From positions 563,788-627,787 of the forward strand of contig NC_092676.1 of the NCBI RefSeq assembly GCF_964355755.1: a DNA stretch of 64,000 bases, read 5' to 3'. Both the position numbers and the translations under genes were made by a program. The notes below the pieces were generated by a model. It saw only the letters and a list, made by a program, of their open reading frames with translations. It had not been told where the DNA came from and did not search any database. This stretch comes from Antedon mediterranea. Lineage: Eukaryota > Animalia > Echinodermata. Below, in pieces: positions 1-25,469 of this stretch (its first letter is position 1; each line of letters starts with the position of its first letter).

Positions 1-1837
1 AAAATATTAAATTACATTCTTACGTCATGTTGTGTGTACATTATTATTGATTTATTTTATTTTTCATTTTATTTAAAACGTTATCATCCTTTTAATGAAA
101 CTCTGTTGAAAAATGTGCAACTGTAAAAATATAAGAGATTATAACATTTACAAAAAATGATGAACTAAAATTGTAATGTAATTCATAAAAATAAAGCCAC
201 CAATAATATTAATATATAGCCCACACCTAAATCCAAAGATAGTTTTGTGAATATACATCATGTCATGTCATAATATTACCAAAGTATGGTTGCCTAATAT
301 TATTAGTTTTCCACAGTTTACTGTCATTTTGTATAGTTTAGGCAAAATTTCTTTTAATTGAAAGTAGCTCATGTAGGTGTATATGTGGGGAGAGTATTAA
401 TTCCAATTCATGAAGATAAAGATACTGGATACTAATTTGAAATGAACACATCATTTCAAATTATTCTTCATATCTGTCAACCAAAACAATGTCCAACATG
501 TATCGTCTTCTCTTGTCGAAAACAGGTAGTTTGGCGTAGGAGGCATTACTTATTATATTGTTAATTAATTTGACTTCCGCAATAAAAAACAACGTCGTTG
601 AAATAAAATTGATCCAATTGAATTAATCACGTAACAGTCTTAATTACAGTTTGATAAAATATGTTGTCAACAAATTAAATTGTGTGTTTTTCTTTTGCCT
701 TTGGAGATTGTCTATAAAGATCAAACATTGCGTCAACATGCGTTAGATAACGCGCCCTGAGTAACACTATGACGCGTAACATACAAATACGACGCATTCC
801 TTAAACAAACTGCCTGACAATCTAAACATAGAAAGATGTCTTTGAAATAATCATACACGGGTGAATAGGCTTAGCTGCAGAAACTGATCGATAATGTCAG
901 ATAGTTATTCTGAAGCCAGCTGTCGAAACGATTTATTAGTTCTAAAGCACGACAAGAAATTAGTAGCCAAATGAAGACGATTCATCATAAATAATACGTG
1001 TTTAACTAACATTTTGAATAATATTAGCCTTTTTACAGTCGATACTTTTTGTATGAATAATCACGATAAAGAATACCTCATGTATGAATACTGGTTAGAT
1101 TTAACAATTTTGCAAAATAATAAATATAGTACGTAAATTGTAAAAAATTTGGAAACTTGACAATAAAAGTCTCTTCTCTTCCAAAAAACAAATATATCTT
1201 CACACATGTATCACCTTAATAAAAGCAACAAAATCCATGAAGAATGTGAATTTCGATCATTAATGTCTGTAGGCCTACGATATTTTAGGATTCAGAAGAA
1301 GTCAAAATACATATTGCCTGCAATTTGATTTAATGATCATTTTATATAATTATAATCATCACCCGATTTATGAACATTAATAAATTTATTGAATAATCAA
1401 TATTAGTATAAAGTAAATCAATAGGCCTTGTCCTGAACTAATAATATTCTGTCAACCACGATCGGAAACATTCTAAGAACAGCTATAGCTGCCGGCAGAG
1501 AGAAAAAACATTGTTTAATACGAAACAGAATTGCTTTTTGCTATATATCAAGAAATACCCAATCAGACAGATTCTGTCTCGTAAAAATTAACAATTTCCA
1601 GGCATATTGTTGAAATGAACGATCAAACCGTAAAAATGCATTCTTCATAATTCACGTGCAAATATTGATTTACAGTGATTCATAAAGAATGTGTGTCGAT
1701 AATGTTATCAAATATATTATTCATTAGTTATAGCAAGTACATGTTCTTTTCATAAAGAGTAATATCTTCCCACTAAACGTGTCTGGAACATTCTGCGCAT
1801 GCTCGATATCGCGTTTGCACTGGGCGTAATTATATGA

Positions 1838-2210
1838 TTGACGCCGTATTTACGATTGATTTACCTTTACCTTACCTTTAGGCTTGACGTAATTGCGTAC
1901 TTGACGCCGTTATAACGCTTGACGTAATTGCGTACTTGACGCCGTATTTACGATTGAAGTAATCGCGTACTTGGCGCCGCATTTACGCTTGACAGTAATC
2001 GCGTGCTTGACACCGCATGTACGCTCGACTTAATTGCGCGTGCTTGACGCCGCTATTACGCTTGACGTAATTGCGTACTTGACGCCGTTATAACGTTTGA
2101 CGTAATTGCGTACTTGACGCCGTATTTACGATTGAAGTAATCGCGTACTTGACGCCGCATTTACGGTTGATATAGTTACGTACTTGGCGCCGCATTTACG
2201 TTTGACATAA
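1838..2210. repeat. Degenerate CpG-rich tandem repeat, unit about 39-40 bp (acgcttgacgtaattgcgtacttgacgccgtattt-like), about 9 copies
   Basis: Recurrent 'ttgacgtaattgcgtacttgacgccg' blocks visible directly in the sequence. Confidence 0.85.
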
Positions 2211-2405
2211 AATGTATTAAGTTTATTTGATTTTGATCAAATAACTAGAATGGCGTCACAATAAAGCAGCAACGAATTCCCTACGAAGTACTTTGAACAA
2301 TATTATAATTAGAAATCTTCAATCGTGTTTTTTCAAGTGTTTTGCGACAAATAACTTGCAATAAAACTAACTTTGGAAATCGTCCAATTGAATTATTTTT
2401 ATTAC

Positions 2406-2430
2406 CAATATATAGAACGCCAGACTGAAC
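2406..2430 (-). CDS. Candidate 25-nt micro-exon (GFSLAFYIL), possibly exon 2 of the unknown minus-strand gene starting at 6146
   Basis: Minus strand reads ttattttcctgttttgtag|GTTCAGTCTGGCGTTCTATATATTG|gtaata. The frame is compatible with the phase-2 end of 6004-6146 and continues its hydrophobic stretch. Could be chance. Confidence 0.25.
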
Positions 2431-4183
2431 CTACAAAACAGGAAAATAACAAATGTGTGAAAGTGAGTCGTGAATACCATTATATATTGTCATTATTAAT
2501 AAAACGTAAGAAACCCGTATGTTTCCAAATGTAGGAAATGTGTTTTACAATACATTGAATATTTTGAACTCGTATAAATTGATAGTTATCGTGATAAGGC
2601 ATCAAACGACGATTGTTGCATAAACGATTCTTACAAATGGTTTTACATACGTCACCCAAATACGCGTCACATAAACACGCGCCACGCGTCTACGTCAGCC
2701 ATGACTACGGTACGCGTTACAAATACGTAATAATACACCTGTATTATGAGACTGACCAAGTAATTGTTGTGTAACAATGCAGCACACATAAGATAAGCAT
2801 AAACATAAATATATGCAAGATTCCAATACTACAATACTACAGGATATACTTTTCATTGGGATAGCTTTAAATGCCGCATCTAATCTTAATGTGACGTCAC
2901 TCTTCTATTAGAGACGATCTTGTTAACACACACACTGCCGTGACGGTTTCGATACATCACGTGACGTTATTATCATACGGTTTGAAAATGAAGTTGAAAT
3001 GAAAAATGTAAATGCCTTACAATGCGACACTTTCAACTGATTAAGAATTTTAAAATCCTAAATTTATTGTTTTAAGGCGAACCTTTGTAAATGTCAAAGG
3101 TCGACAAATGACGCGTTACCAAACCAGTTCAGTAGAATTAATAGAAACACAAAAAAAGCACAACTGGTATGATTGAATTTTATAAAGAAAAAACGTTTCG
3201 ACATTTTCAGCCTTTTAAGCAGAAAATATCTATCCTGAGAGGGTCTCCTCCCAACCACCCGTCTTCGTCACGTTTGTATAAATACTAAATAGTCATAAGA
3301 AATTACCGCTTACCGTACCATTTACCGTTACCGCTCGTCTGTGTAAATTGCCATGAGGCCTATACGCGTACATGCGTACTGGTTTACGTCATACGCACTC
3401 GCGCTCATTTTTAGTCGATCTGGTTTGAATGTAAACAGTTTAATCACAAACGTAAAATAATTATAAACAAATCGGTGCGCGTCTGATGTCGTCACAAAAC
3501 AACTCAGCAAAACTAATACAAAATGTTCCTCGAGGGACAACAGCACGATTACATGAGTTATTTATTAATGAGATGCGGAATATAACAGTTCATTTACGAG
3601 GTGTTACATTTTTACCAAAGCTTATATTCGTCTCTGGATCTTATTTCAACATAATAATAATATAACATAGATATAATATTATGTAAGAATATAGGTTTTC
3701 AAAAATTAAATTGTATGGTTGTTTAAACGAACTTGATCCACAAAAAAATGTATAAGCACATTGGACCTGTAATAATTTAATAACATAACCATCCTGATTA
3801 TTTATACTGGCAATCGTCAGAATCTCATAAAATCATTTTCGAATTAGTAATTAATAATCTGGAATTGTCGAATAATAAACTCAGATTTCAGGTCGAAAAC
3901 AGAAATTAGAAATTCAAAGAAATGTAGAAAAGTGATAAAGCTTGGATCATGGAGGTATAAAAATACCTCCATGCTTGGATCGCGTACGCGCGCGCAACGT
4001 AAAGACATACACAACGCAAGTAATTTGACCAATCACAGGCGATGGTTTAATTTCTATTATTTATATCCTATCCTACATTTTATGGTTTCACCTGAAGGGC
4101 AATCGAATCTCATTAGTTGCTTCCCACACACTGATTGATCTCATCAATATTCACCATGACTACACTCAGCGAACTATCCTTAA

Positions 4184-4505
4184 AAATGTATTGTCCCCCA
4201 AAAACATGAACAATGAAGATTAATTAAATCAGACTTTGAATATGTTATTTTGTAGTTTTAATAAATTTAATCACGTCCGTTGGAAAAAAAAAACAAAAAG
4301 TAATGTTTTCACTTATAAAATGCCAAAATAAATGGTTAAATTCAACTAAAAACCCATTGGTTGGCGGCCAAGAAAATTTTTGTTTGAAATTACATTTTTT
4401 TCAGGTAAATACATGTTTTTTCGATCCTATTTTTGGTCAATGTGGATAACTATTATGTTATATTAAAATGGCATATTCAACAAAAATTGTGCTAAGAATA
4501 CATCT
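4184..4505. mobile_element. Short Kolobok-like non-autonomous DNA transposon, related to 14121-15441
   Basis: TTAA flanks at 4180-4183 and 4506-4509. The ends aaatgtattgtccc and aatacatct match the TIR of the larger copy. A further fragment lies at about 8390-8594. Confidence 0.65.
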
Positions 4506-6003
4506 TTAAATGTGACGTGTGCATAAGATGTAGATATTATAAAAAAAAGAATATTAAAAACATTTCATAATCTAAGAATGTATGACAATTTCTAAATAAT
4601 TTATTATGTTAAAATCAAAATCGTAAGGCCTTAAAATACCGTCACATGTTATGTTACCTGGAATGTTATCCAGTATGGTGTTGGCGATAAGAATGTAGTG
4701 GACAGTCACATTAATAATGACATTTACATGTTAATGTTATGTTATGGTTAAAATGACATTCACAAACTGTAATTGATGCATTCTGTTTCATTTCATATGT
4801 AGGCCTACGATAAAATATTATAAAACGTTGAATGACGTCATCGCACAACTGTGGTTAAATGTCATGCATTATTCTTCTGCGAATGATTTACCTGCGTATT
4901 GATAATCGTACAACAGGCAGGTGTGTGATTTAAAGAAATGACGCGAAAATGGAGACGATTCTGTTTCCTTGCTATTTTTAGAATATGTAGAATATTCTAT
5001 TTTTAAGTTAATTTGAATGAGTTGTTAACAGTACGACATATTGGATTTGGTCATCATTCTTTCACCATAGTTCAGTTTATAGTTCTTATTATTTCAGTCC
5101 CATAATTGAGATGGGCATTTCTTGATCAGGAAACCAACCCTATTTTAAAAATATATGCTACTGATTGACTATTAAACAAAAACAAACTATTATATGTGAG
5201 ATATCAGTAACACCTTTATACAATATTTCAATCTGAAAAATTTCAAAAACTGCCCATTCATACCCTCACCACTTTCCAGCTTAACTAATGTTCATGTTCT
5301 GACCGTATAGTATTGCTCGGTATTGACGCAATCGTGACGCAATCGTCAAACTTTAAACGAATTACTGAATAATTATTAGTATTTTTTTTCTCTTTTTTGG
5401 CGTTAACCACTATTTATTCATTTCATCTTCAACAGATTAATACAATTAGTGAATCTTCTGTGATAGTTATAATAATAATAATTATTAGTATTTTATTTAT
5501 ATTTATATATTATATTAAATTTTTGGTAAAATTTGGTTATTCAGGTATTGAATAGATACAAAATCCGCCATCAGTCATTTTCTCATAATTTGAATCGATT
5601 GTCAATGATGACGTCATTCACTCTTAATGTGTAATGAACATGATGTATAACAGTAGGTATGCAAAATGTGATCTAAAAATAACGACTTAATAACGACTTA
5701 AGTCTGTTTTGAGTCTGAGTTTTAATTATTGTAATTTATACAGTCTGAACAAAATTTAAGCTGTTATTGACAAGAAAATACATAGGATTGGAAAATAATA
5801 ATGATGATGATAATGATGAAGATTAGGATGACAATGACGATTGATCTTGTTATAAAGATAAAATTAATTCTATAATGTAGAAATTTATTTTAAAATATTT
5901 CTAATTTCATTTTATTCGGAAACACTAAAATCATAAAACAGACAAATTCCCAAACGATGATTTTGATAATAACGTATGATTTACAAGCAATAATGTCACT
6001 TAC

Positions 6004-6146
6004 CCAGCCAAGAGAGCTGTTCCCCCTATCTCCGAGAGTAGTCCTTCCCACTGTATATGTGCCGAAAGAGCATCTTGCAAGTCTTCCGTACTCGGTGAAT
6101 GTTCAAAAATTCCATAATCAACTGAAGCGGCCCGTGACGATCCCAT
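6004..6146 (-). CDS. Probable first coding exon of an unidentified minus-strand gene that continues out of the window
   Basis: aaaATGG start, 47 open codons (MGSSRAASVDYGIFEHSPSTEDLQDALSAHIQWEGLLSEIGGTALLA) plus GG, then a perfect GTAAGT donor. GC-richer than the flanks. Confidence 0.55.
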
Positions 6147-6512
6147 TTTAATCGCAATTTATTTTGTTTTCGTCAAATTTATTCAATTATTAACTGTTTT
6201 CTTTAAACACGTATCACTAGATCAAAGAGAATAAAAGAAGTTGTATATAGCGTAGTGTATATAGCGTAGTGTGTATAGCATATGTTGTGTGTGTAGTACG
6301 CCAGTGTGTGTGTTGTGACGTTGATTTTATGAATGAATATAAATCTATAATAACGTTGCAGTAGGAGGAGGAGGAGGAAGATTAATATTCACAATATATT
6401 GAGGGCGATATATTGAAGCCTGTTAGTTGAAGTTATTTTATACACACACAGTTCAAACCGTCCGTATGACACTGTGAGTACCACACCCTTATCACAGTTG
6501 TTTAACCCCTAA

Positions 6513-6666
6513 AGCGTGATTCCCACTAAAGACGCAACACAGAGACGTACGCGCAAGGTAAGCCAGCTGACCAATGACAAGCCACTGTTCGAATAATCCC
6601 ATTGCTTGTGATTGTCATATCACTTACGTTGCGTTACGTCCTTGCGCTGCTAGTGGAAACCACGCT
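6513..6666. mobile_element. Palindromic MITE, family 1 (AGC..GGTTCCCACTAG ends), PIF/Harbinger-like
   Basis: TAA|AGCGTG..TTCCCACT ... AGTGGAAACCACGCT|TTA with an internal inverted accaatgacaagc/gcttgtgattg. Several homologous copies occur in the window. Confidence 0.7.
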
Positions 6667-7829
6667 TTAAACAGGAGTGTCACCGTCACCGTCAACGAGA
6701 GTGTCACCAATAGACAATTGTCACCTTAAACATTGTCACCAAGTTAGTCCAGTCCCTAAGGGGAAATGATGTTACCATAGTGGATACAAGTGTGCCCTTT
6801 GGCATGTTGATAGAACATGATATGGAGATACCAAAACAAAGTTACTGGAAATCTGATTTGACCTCTGTGACCTCTGACCTCAATTTTTATATTTCTATCT
6901 TAAACAGCCATATCTCCGCAACGGGTTTGACAATTGAAATGATATTGGTGTCAAATAGATCAGAGGGTACATATTTATATTCGCTCTAATAGAACTTTTT
7001 TCAAAAAAACGACCGAAAATGTAATTTCTCAATGTTTTGACCTTTGACCTCGGCTTACTATATCTCAATAACTACTGGTCAAAATTTCTTGAAATTTGTT
7101 TCAAATTGTTAAGAGCATACATATTTATATATACTCTAATTAAACATGTTCTTCCAAATCCACAGGAAATGTAATTTACTGACCTTTGACCTTTAATGTT
7201 TAAATATGTCTGTATCTCTGTAACCAAATGTCATAAAAAGTTCAACTTGGTGTCAAAATGTTCAAAATGTAAACATTTATATTAGCTCTAATAGAAGATG
7301 TTATCATATTTTTACTGGAAATGCCAGTTTGAGGTATGACCAGGATATACTGTTAAGCGTGCGTGTGTCATACTTATAATAATATACCTAAAATATAGAT
7401 TTAATGGACCAGAACTACATTCAATATCCTATTTAGCCTTTTAAAATTTTTTTAAAACTTAATGTTTAATTTAATTTCAATATATAATTCCATCGCATGG
7501 TAGGCCTACACCGTAAGAGCAACACTTAATATCAACAAAAAATTAGATATTAAACTTAAAAGTTAAATAACAATAAAAAAAAAAAAGAAAATCAGGATCT
7601 TAAAGAAAGAAAAGAAGAATTAACCAATGCGATTTGATACTCATAAAACATATGACCTAATTATCAATTAATTGCTTGAAGTATGCTGAAAAAATAAAAT
7701 GTTTGAAACAGTAAGGAAAAAGCGAAGAAAAGAAAAACATATGTTTAAAATATTAGAAATCTGAAAAGGATCAAAGACAAATTAATTACAAAGTTGATTT
7801 CTTTTCAAGAACATACTGTAGTGGAATAT

Positions 7830-8390
7830 AAAAGGAAAACAAACCAGTGAGCAGTCAAAATTACCATCTTGGCTTGATGAGGCAATAACACATCCAGCTC
7901 ATAACACTAACAAAATCTTTGAAACCAGAAGAAATTAAGAGAAGCAATGATAATGTAACTTTAATCCACAAAAACATGACAAAACTGACATCAACCATTA
8001 CCGACCAAACGAACATTATCACATGTACACAAATAATTTACAAAAGTAATCAAAAAACAAAATCAGAGACCGACTAGAAGTAAATAAACCAATATATAAG
8101 GCTTTATACAGTAGGACCATCTTATACAGTTTGTCAATCAACTAAAATAAAAAGGAAATTAATATCACCAAATCTTTGATTTAGAGATTATCAGAAAGCA
8201 TTTGACTCAATAAAACAGGCATTACCATATTAGAGGGAAATATTATACCTCAACAAATATTGATTACGATCGTTCAAAGAGAAGTTAAGGAAGATTAGTA
8301 AGACAAGGCGACACTTAAGATCTTCACTGCATTGGAAGAGGTGTTTAATCAAAGAGCTAATCTAAAAAATAGAGTAAATATCACTTTAAA
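7830..8390 (+). mobile_element. Degenerate RTE-type LINE reverse transcriptase relic
   Basis: Frameshifted motifs LIHK..DKTDINHYRP, DYQKAFDSIK, VRQGDT and FTALEEVF appear in the expected order. Confidence 0.75.
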
Positions 8391-8844
8391 GACAAAATAA
8401 ACAGTTAATTTAACCAAAATCACAAAGACTTCCAGCCTATTTTTTGCTTTGAATTACAGTTTTTTTGGGTATGCACTATATCATTTTTTTTCAATCCAAT
8501 TTTTGGTGAAACTATTATGTGTGACATTAAAATTGCATATTCAACAAAAATATTTGTCAACATTACTTTTGTCAGGGGAAAAATAAGTATATCTTTAATA
8601 GCATGTGATATTATTAGCAAATATTTCAAATGTAGTTTTAAAACTTTCCCATTACAAACAATTGCCATAATTCTGATAACATTACAATACACCCATCCTC
8701 TGGGACTTATTTTCAAATGTAGCTAAAAACTTTCCAGTACAATTCCGGTCATTTTGATGTGTATAGATGCATGCAGTAGCATTGGAAAAGCGAGAGAGGG
8801 GGAGGTGGTTGGGGTGATGGAGAGACACATATTTTTTACATGTT

Positions 8845-8980
8845 TGTCTACACTATAAACTAGTTTAACAAAAAAGGTGTGATATGCCCAAATATGGTAG
8901 TGATATGTCATTCATCGTGTCCATATATGGGCACATCACATTTTTTTGTCGCATAAAAATGTTATAGTGTAGACAGAGTT
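8845..8980. mobile_element. MITE family 2 (AGCTCTGTCTACACTATCAAACT TIR), Harbinger-like, inserted at the centre of a palindrome
   Basis: tgtctacactat ... atagtgtagacagag. Homologous to the copies at 22712, 46974, 50522, 58868 and 63664. Confidence 0.8.
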
Positions 8981-10411
8981 TAACATTTGTGTAACATGTA
9001 ACAAAAATATGTGTCTCTCCATCCACCCCAACCCCCTCCCCTCTCTCGATCTCTTTTTATAGATTATTAATTGCTAAATATATGCAAAACGATGGGTCAT
9101 AGCTCAAAATGACATTTCCAATTGAATTCTGACAAAATATTTTGTTAGAGCAAATATAAATGTGTATATTCTAAACAATTTGACACCAAACTGAACTTTT
9201 TAGGACAAATAGTTACCGAGATATTGACATATTCAAACATTAGAGGTCAAGGGTCAAAAAAGCTTAATTTATGGTAATTTTTTGAAAAAAGTTTCTATTA
9301 GACTAAATATTAGATTTATTTTCTTAACATTTTGAGCCCATTTTCAAATCTCTGAGATTGCGTTTTATTGAGATATTAGACAATCAAGGTCAAAGGTCAA
9401 ACTGAAAAATAAAGCCTTTGCGGCCATTTTTGTACAATTATTTTCATTATAGCGAATATAAATATATATCTTCCAAGCATTTTGAAAAAAAAATTAATGT
9501 AAAATGTCCCTGCGTTGTCAAGATATGGCGATTTTTAGTTATATAATAGAAAAATATAAAAATTGAGGTCAGAGGTCACAGAGGTCAAATCAGATTTCCA
9601 GTAACTTTGTTTTGGCATCTCCACACTATACTCTACCAAACTGCTATACTGAAAAATTTGTATCCAGTCTGGTAACATCCCACCCCTTTTTCTCCCCTTA
9701 GGGACTGGACTACTAATAAAACATTACAGCCTAATAATATTAGGATAAAACCCACATTAGCCGTTATGTTGTTTGAATGATGTATGTTAGTGAATATAAT
9801 CGGAAGCTGCCGCCCACTATCCCTTCACACGACATTAAACGTCAACCAATTCATCAGTAATTCTCCCTAACTGTATTTTATAGTATTCTGTATCTTATAC
9901 ATCCTAAGTAATAATTTTTCAGCGGTACCGTGGAATTGTTCTAAATGTTAGGTTCTGTGTGTCAATGCTATGTACTGTAATTATGCCATTTGCCTAGATA
10001 CAGAATGAGCCGGCATTTTTTTCAAAGATGAGATGATGCCTAGCTAAAAGGGCCGGAAATTTACAAATCCGGCTACAAATCCATTTGTAATCATAAGTAC
10101 TGACTGCATCATTGCATTATCTTAATACTGTTTAATCTGCGTTTAATCTATTTGTTATTAGAATTTCATCAGGGGATTTTAATTATTGGATATGAGTATA
10201 TATTGAACAATTTAATAGTAGGCCTAGAGGAGTGTTTCGGACGCATATTGTACTGATGGGTGTCTCGGCTTGACTGATTGGTCCCACATAAAGAAAATAC
10301 ACTTTGACTCATTTCACCAGAAGAACTCCTAATGGAGTTTATAGTGATTATTTCACCCTTTATGCAAGTAACTTCTCATTTGTGCTAGGCGCGGCCTTTC
10401 TGCACGCATAA

Positions 10412-10543
10412 AGCTTGGTTCCCGCAAGGACGTAAGCGCAACGCAAGCGAATTGACCAATCAAAAGCTATGGATTATTCGAACTGTCGCTTGTGATTGGT
10501 CAATTCGCCTGCGTTGCGTTTCGTCCTATAGTGGAAACTCGCT
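10412..10543. mobile_element. MITE family 1 copy
   Basis: TAA|AGCTTGGTTCCC ... GGAAACTCGCT|TTA with the same internal palindrome as 6513-6666. Confidence 0.75.
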
Positions 10544-10940
10544 TTATAGACATAATATAAATTTAAAATCTGACACTTCCAACTGTAATTACTAATGAAC
10601 AACAACGAATTGTACGGAGTCTAATAGTATGAGTAATGCAATAGGTCGATATGTAATTAAGCTGTCTGATTGTGACCTATGACCTATGACTGATGCTGTT
10701 CATTTAGTACACATAAATTGCACTGAATTACTAATTATACTATTCCGTGATTATAATGATATGATTATGATTCAAAGCGATGTATACAATATTGTTGTAA
10801 TGCATGTACAGATTAGTACAGTATGATGAATATCGTGTTGTTGATGGTAATGATGCAAATGTATCGTAAAATATCATGCCATTTATCATGTTCTTTTAAT
10901 GTTCTCCTTTACAATGATTCTTTTTTTTTTTTCGTTTTAG

Positions 10941-11158
10941 GTGGTACCCTTGCTCCCCCTTAATGCAATCCATTCATACCCCTTCCCCATCCTCTTGGGG
11001 AAAACAATACCATTCCGAGAGACACTTGTAATACCATTTGGGGAGTTTCAGGGGACTCTTCGGAAGCGCCAGAACCCTTTCAGGAGGAACGTCGGGAGCA
11101 TCGGTAGCAACATTGAGTTAATCCTGATCAAATATGAAGATTGCATTGTTTTAAGGAG
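10941..11158 (+). other. Orphan exon-like segment (218 nt), possibly non-coding or an upstream UTR exon
   Basis: Long poly-T acceptor (tttttttttttttcgttttag), GC-richer body and GAG|gtaggt donor. No recognisable protein. Confidence 0.35.
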
Positions 11159-11280
11159 GTAGGTTGGTTTGAGTTGATGAATAAATACACTGGAATGCCG
11201 CAAGCATTATTTTAACGAAACCTATTATTAATTGCATGTTTCTATCTAACTTGATGCTCTACTCATCTGCAGTAGCGCGC

Positions 11281-11321
11281 CTCTAACCATGGAGGAAAAT
11301 TGTTTTCCTCCATGCTCTAAC
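11281..11321. mobile_element. 27-bp CATG...CATG hairpin between 7-bp direct repeats; P-element-like footprint or mini element
   Basis: ctctaac|CATGGAGGAAAA-TTG-TTTTCCTCCATG|ctctaac. Confidence 0.7.
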
Positions 11322-11873
11322 ACATCACCCACGCCCACCTACTCGATATGAGATTATCCGTGACGTCATACCCATATTAAGAATATATAATAACCATATA
11401 ATAGCCTATAGCACTACAGTATTACAAATAATAATATTTTGAAAAAATGAATGAATGAAAATATTAATAGAAATTCTGTTGTACTTCACGTAACCCGACG
11501 AACCGAAACAAAATATAGAAATAAGTGATATACTTACTGACATCAAATAGTAGCCGTCTTAGTGATGTACATGTAGTGATGATACCAGTGAAAAATTACG
11601 GTACTTAAGATACGGTATGATTGTAGGGTTTTTAAGCAATTGTCGCTTACGTACGTATCTGATGGTTATAGTTGAATATAGTGAGATTGCTTTATCAATT
11701 CTCTCCTAACACAACGAGCTAAATCTTATTATAATTAGTATTGCCTATGAACTCGTACTTAATGGAGCATGTAGATGGCGCTATCATTTTCAGCCTATAA
11801 TAGTAAAAATGTTTTGATATAGCTTACTTTTCGGGAATGTTTCTTCTTGATCTTTCATCTTATCATCATCGAA

Positions 11874-12217
11874 AGAACGTAAGCGAACGCAAGTAAATTT
11901 TAACTGTTCGCTTAATTGGTCAAATTAAGCTTTAAGCTTTAAGCTTGGTTCCCACTCAAGACGCAATGGTCAAATTGTTTGAGCTGCGCTTACATACTTG
12001 CGTTGCGTCCTAGGGGGGGGGGGGGGAACTATTGTTAAAGGTTGGTTCCCACTAGAACGTAACGCAAGGACGTAAACGCAACGCAAGCGTTTTAACCAAT
12101 GACAAGCGAAGTTATAGACAGTTAGCAATCACAAGCGAATAAGCCATCGCTTGTGATTGGTCAATTCACTTGCGTTGCGTTACGTCCTTGTGTTGCGTCG
12201 CCAGTGGGAACCACGCA
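11874..12217. mobile_element. Cluster of MITE family 1 copies (partial about 11874-11930, 11942-12030, full 12039-12217)
   Basis: Repeated ggttcccact / agtgggaacc ends with TAA/TTA flanks and an internal ccaat-containing palindrome. Confidence 0.75.
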
Positions 12218-12267
12218 TTAACGCCGCGCGTTGACTTTTTTGGCGTACACACACGCGCATCAAATAG

Positions 12268-12404
12268 AATAAAAAGGCACCGCTGCCACACACAATCTCA
12301 TCTTTCAAGATTTTTTGAATGCCAAGATGTTAATAAATTAACAAATTCTGTATGAACTATATAAATCAGCTTGTTAATTGATTCTACACAGCATAGTTAA
12401 ACCA
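12268..12404 (+). promoter_or_regulatory. Putative upstream promoter and non-coding first exon of the malic enzyme gene (isoform A)
   Basis: TATA-like ataaaaagg about 30 nt before a tca initiator-like site, GTAAGT donor at 12405, and acceptor actttcag at 12968 ahead of the ATG at 13015. Confidence 0.4.
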
Positions 12405-13014
12405 GTAAGTATATATAATTATTACAATATTATTTTTTTGTTGATATAACATTAATTACATGCAGATTTCGGCATGGAGATTGGGCATCATGCATTTTAT
12501 TTTTAAACAAAAGTATGAATGTGGTACTTCTAGGCTAGGCTAGGCCTAGCTTTGAAAACATTGAAAAATTGAAATTTTATTTTATAGTTTGTATAGGCCT
12601 ATAGATAAATAAATCTATGCCTAGGCATAGGCTAAATCGTATTTAAGTATTGGCATCGACTACTAACGTTGACAGCAGCCACTCATCATAAAAAAGACGC
12701 GCACGGTCTGTTGCTCCAAAAGAATGTTCGGCACGCATGCTAATAATGGTTCAAGTCATTGCTCATTAATCATTTTATCATTTTGTTACTGGTGAGAAAA
12801 TAATCGATAGGCATAATATATTACTACGACGAATATATACTGTATACGTTTGGACCAGGATTAAGAAGGAAGATCTCAGTAAATGGTCACAGGCTTAAAT
12901 TAAATTAAATACTTCTAAGAAGGTGAACCCTTAATATTTTTCTGTGATATAATTTAATATACTTTCAGTGCTGTCAAAGAAGATTGTAATTAGGTAATAT
13001 TAGTCACCGCCAAA

Positions 13015-25469
<12,455 letters not shown>

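Larger units (their letters stand above)
6745..9712. mobile_element. Long-TIR foldback DNA element with TAG...CTA termini (Academ-like, tentative), interrupted by nested insertions
   Basis: TAGTCCAGTCCCTAAGGGGA at the left and TCCCCTTAGGGACTGGACTA at the right. The arms of about 600 bp are inverted homologues with tgacctttgacct motifs. No clear TSD. Confidence 0.75.
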
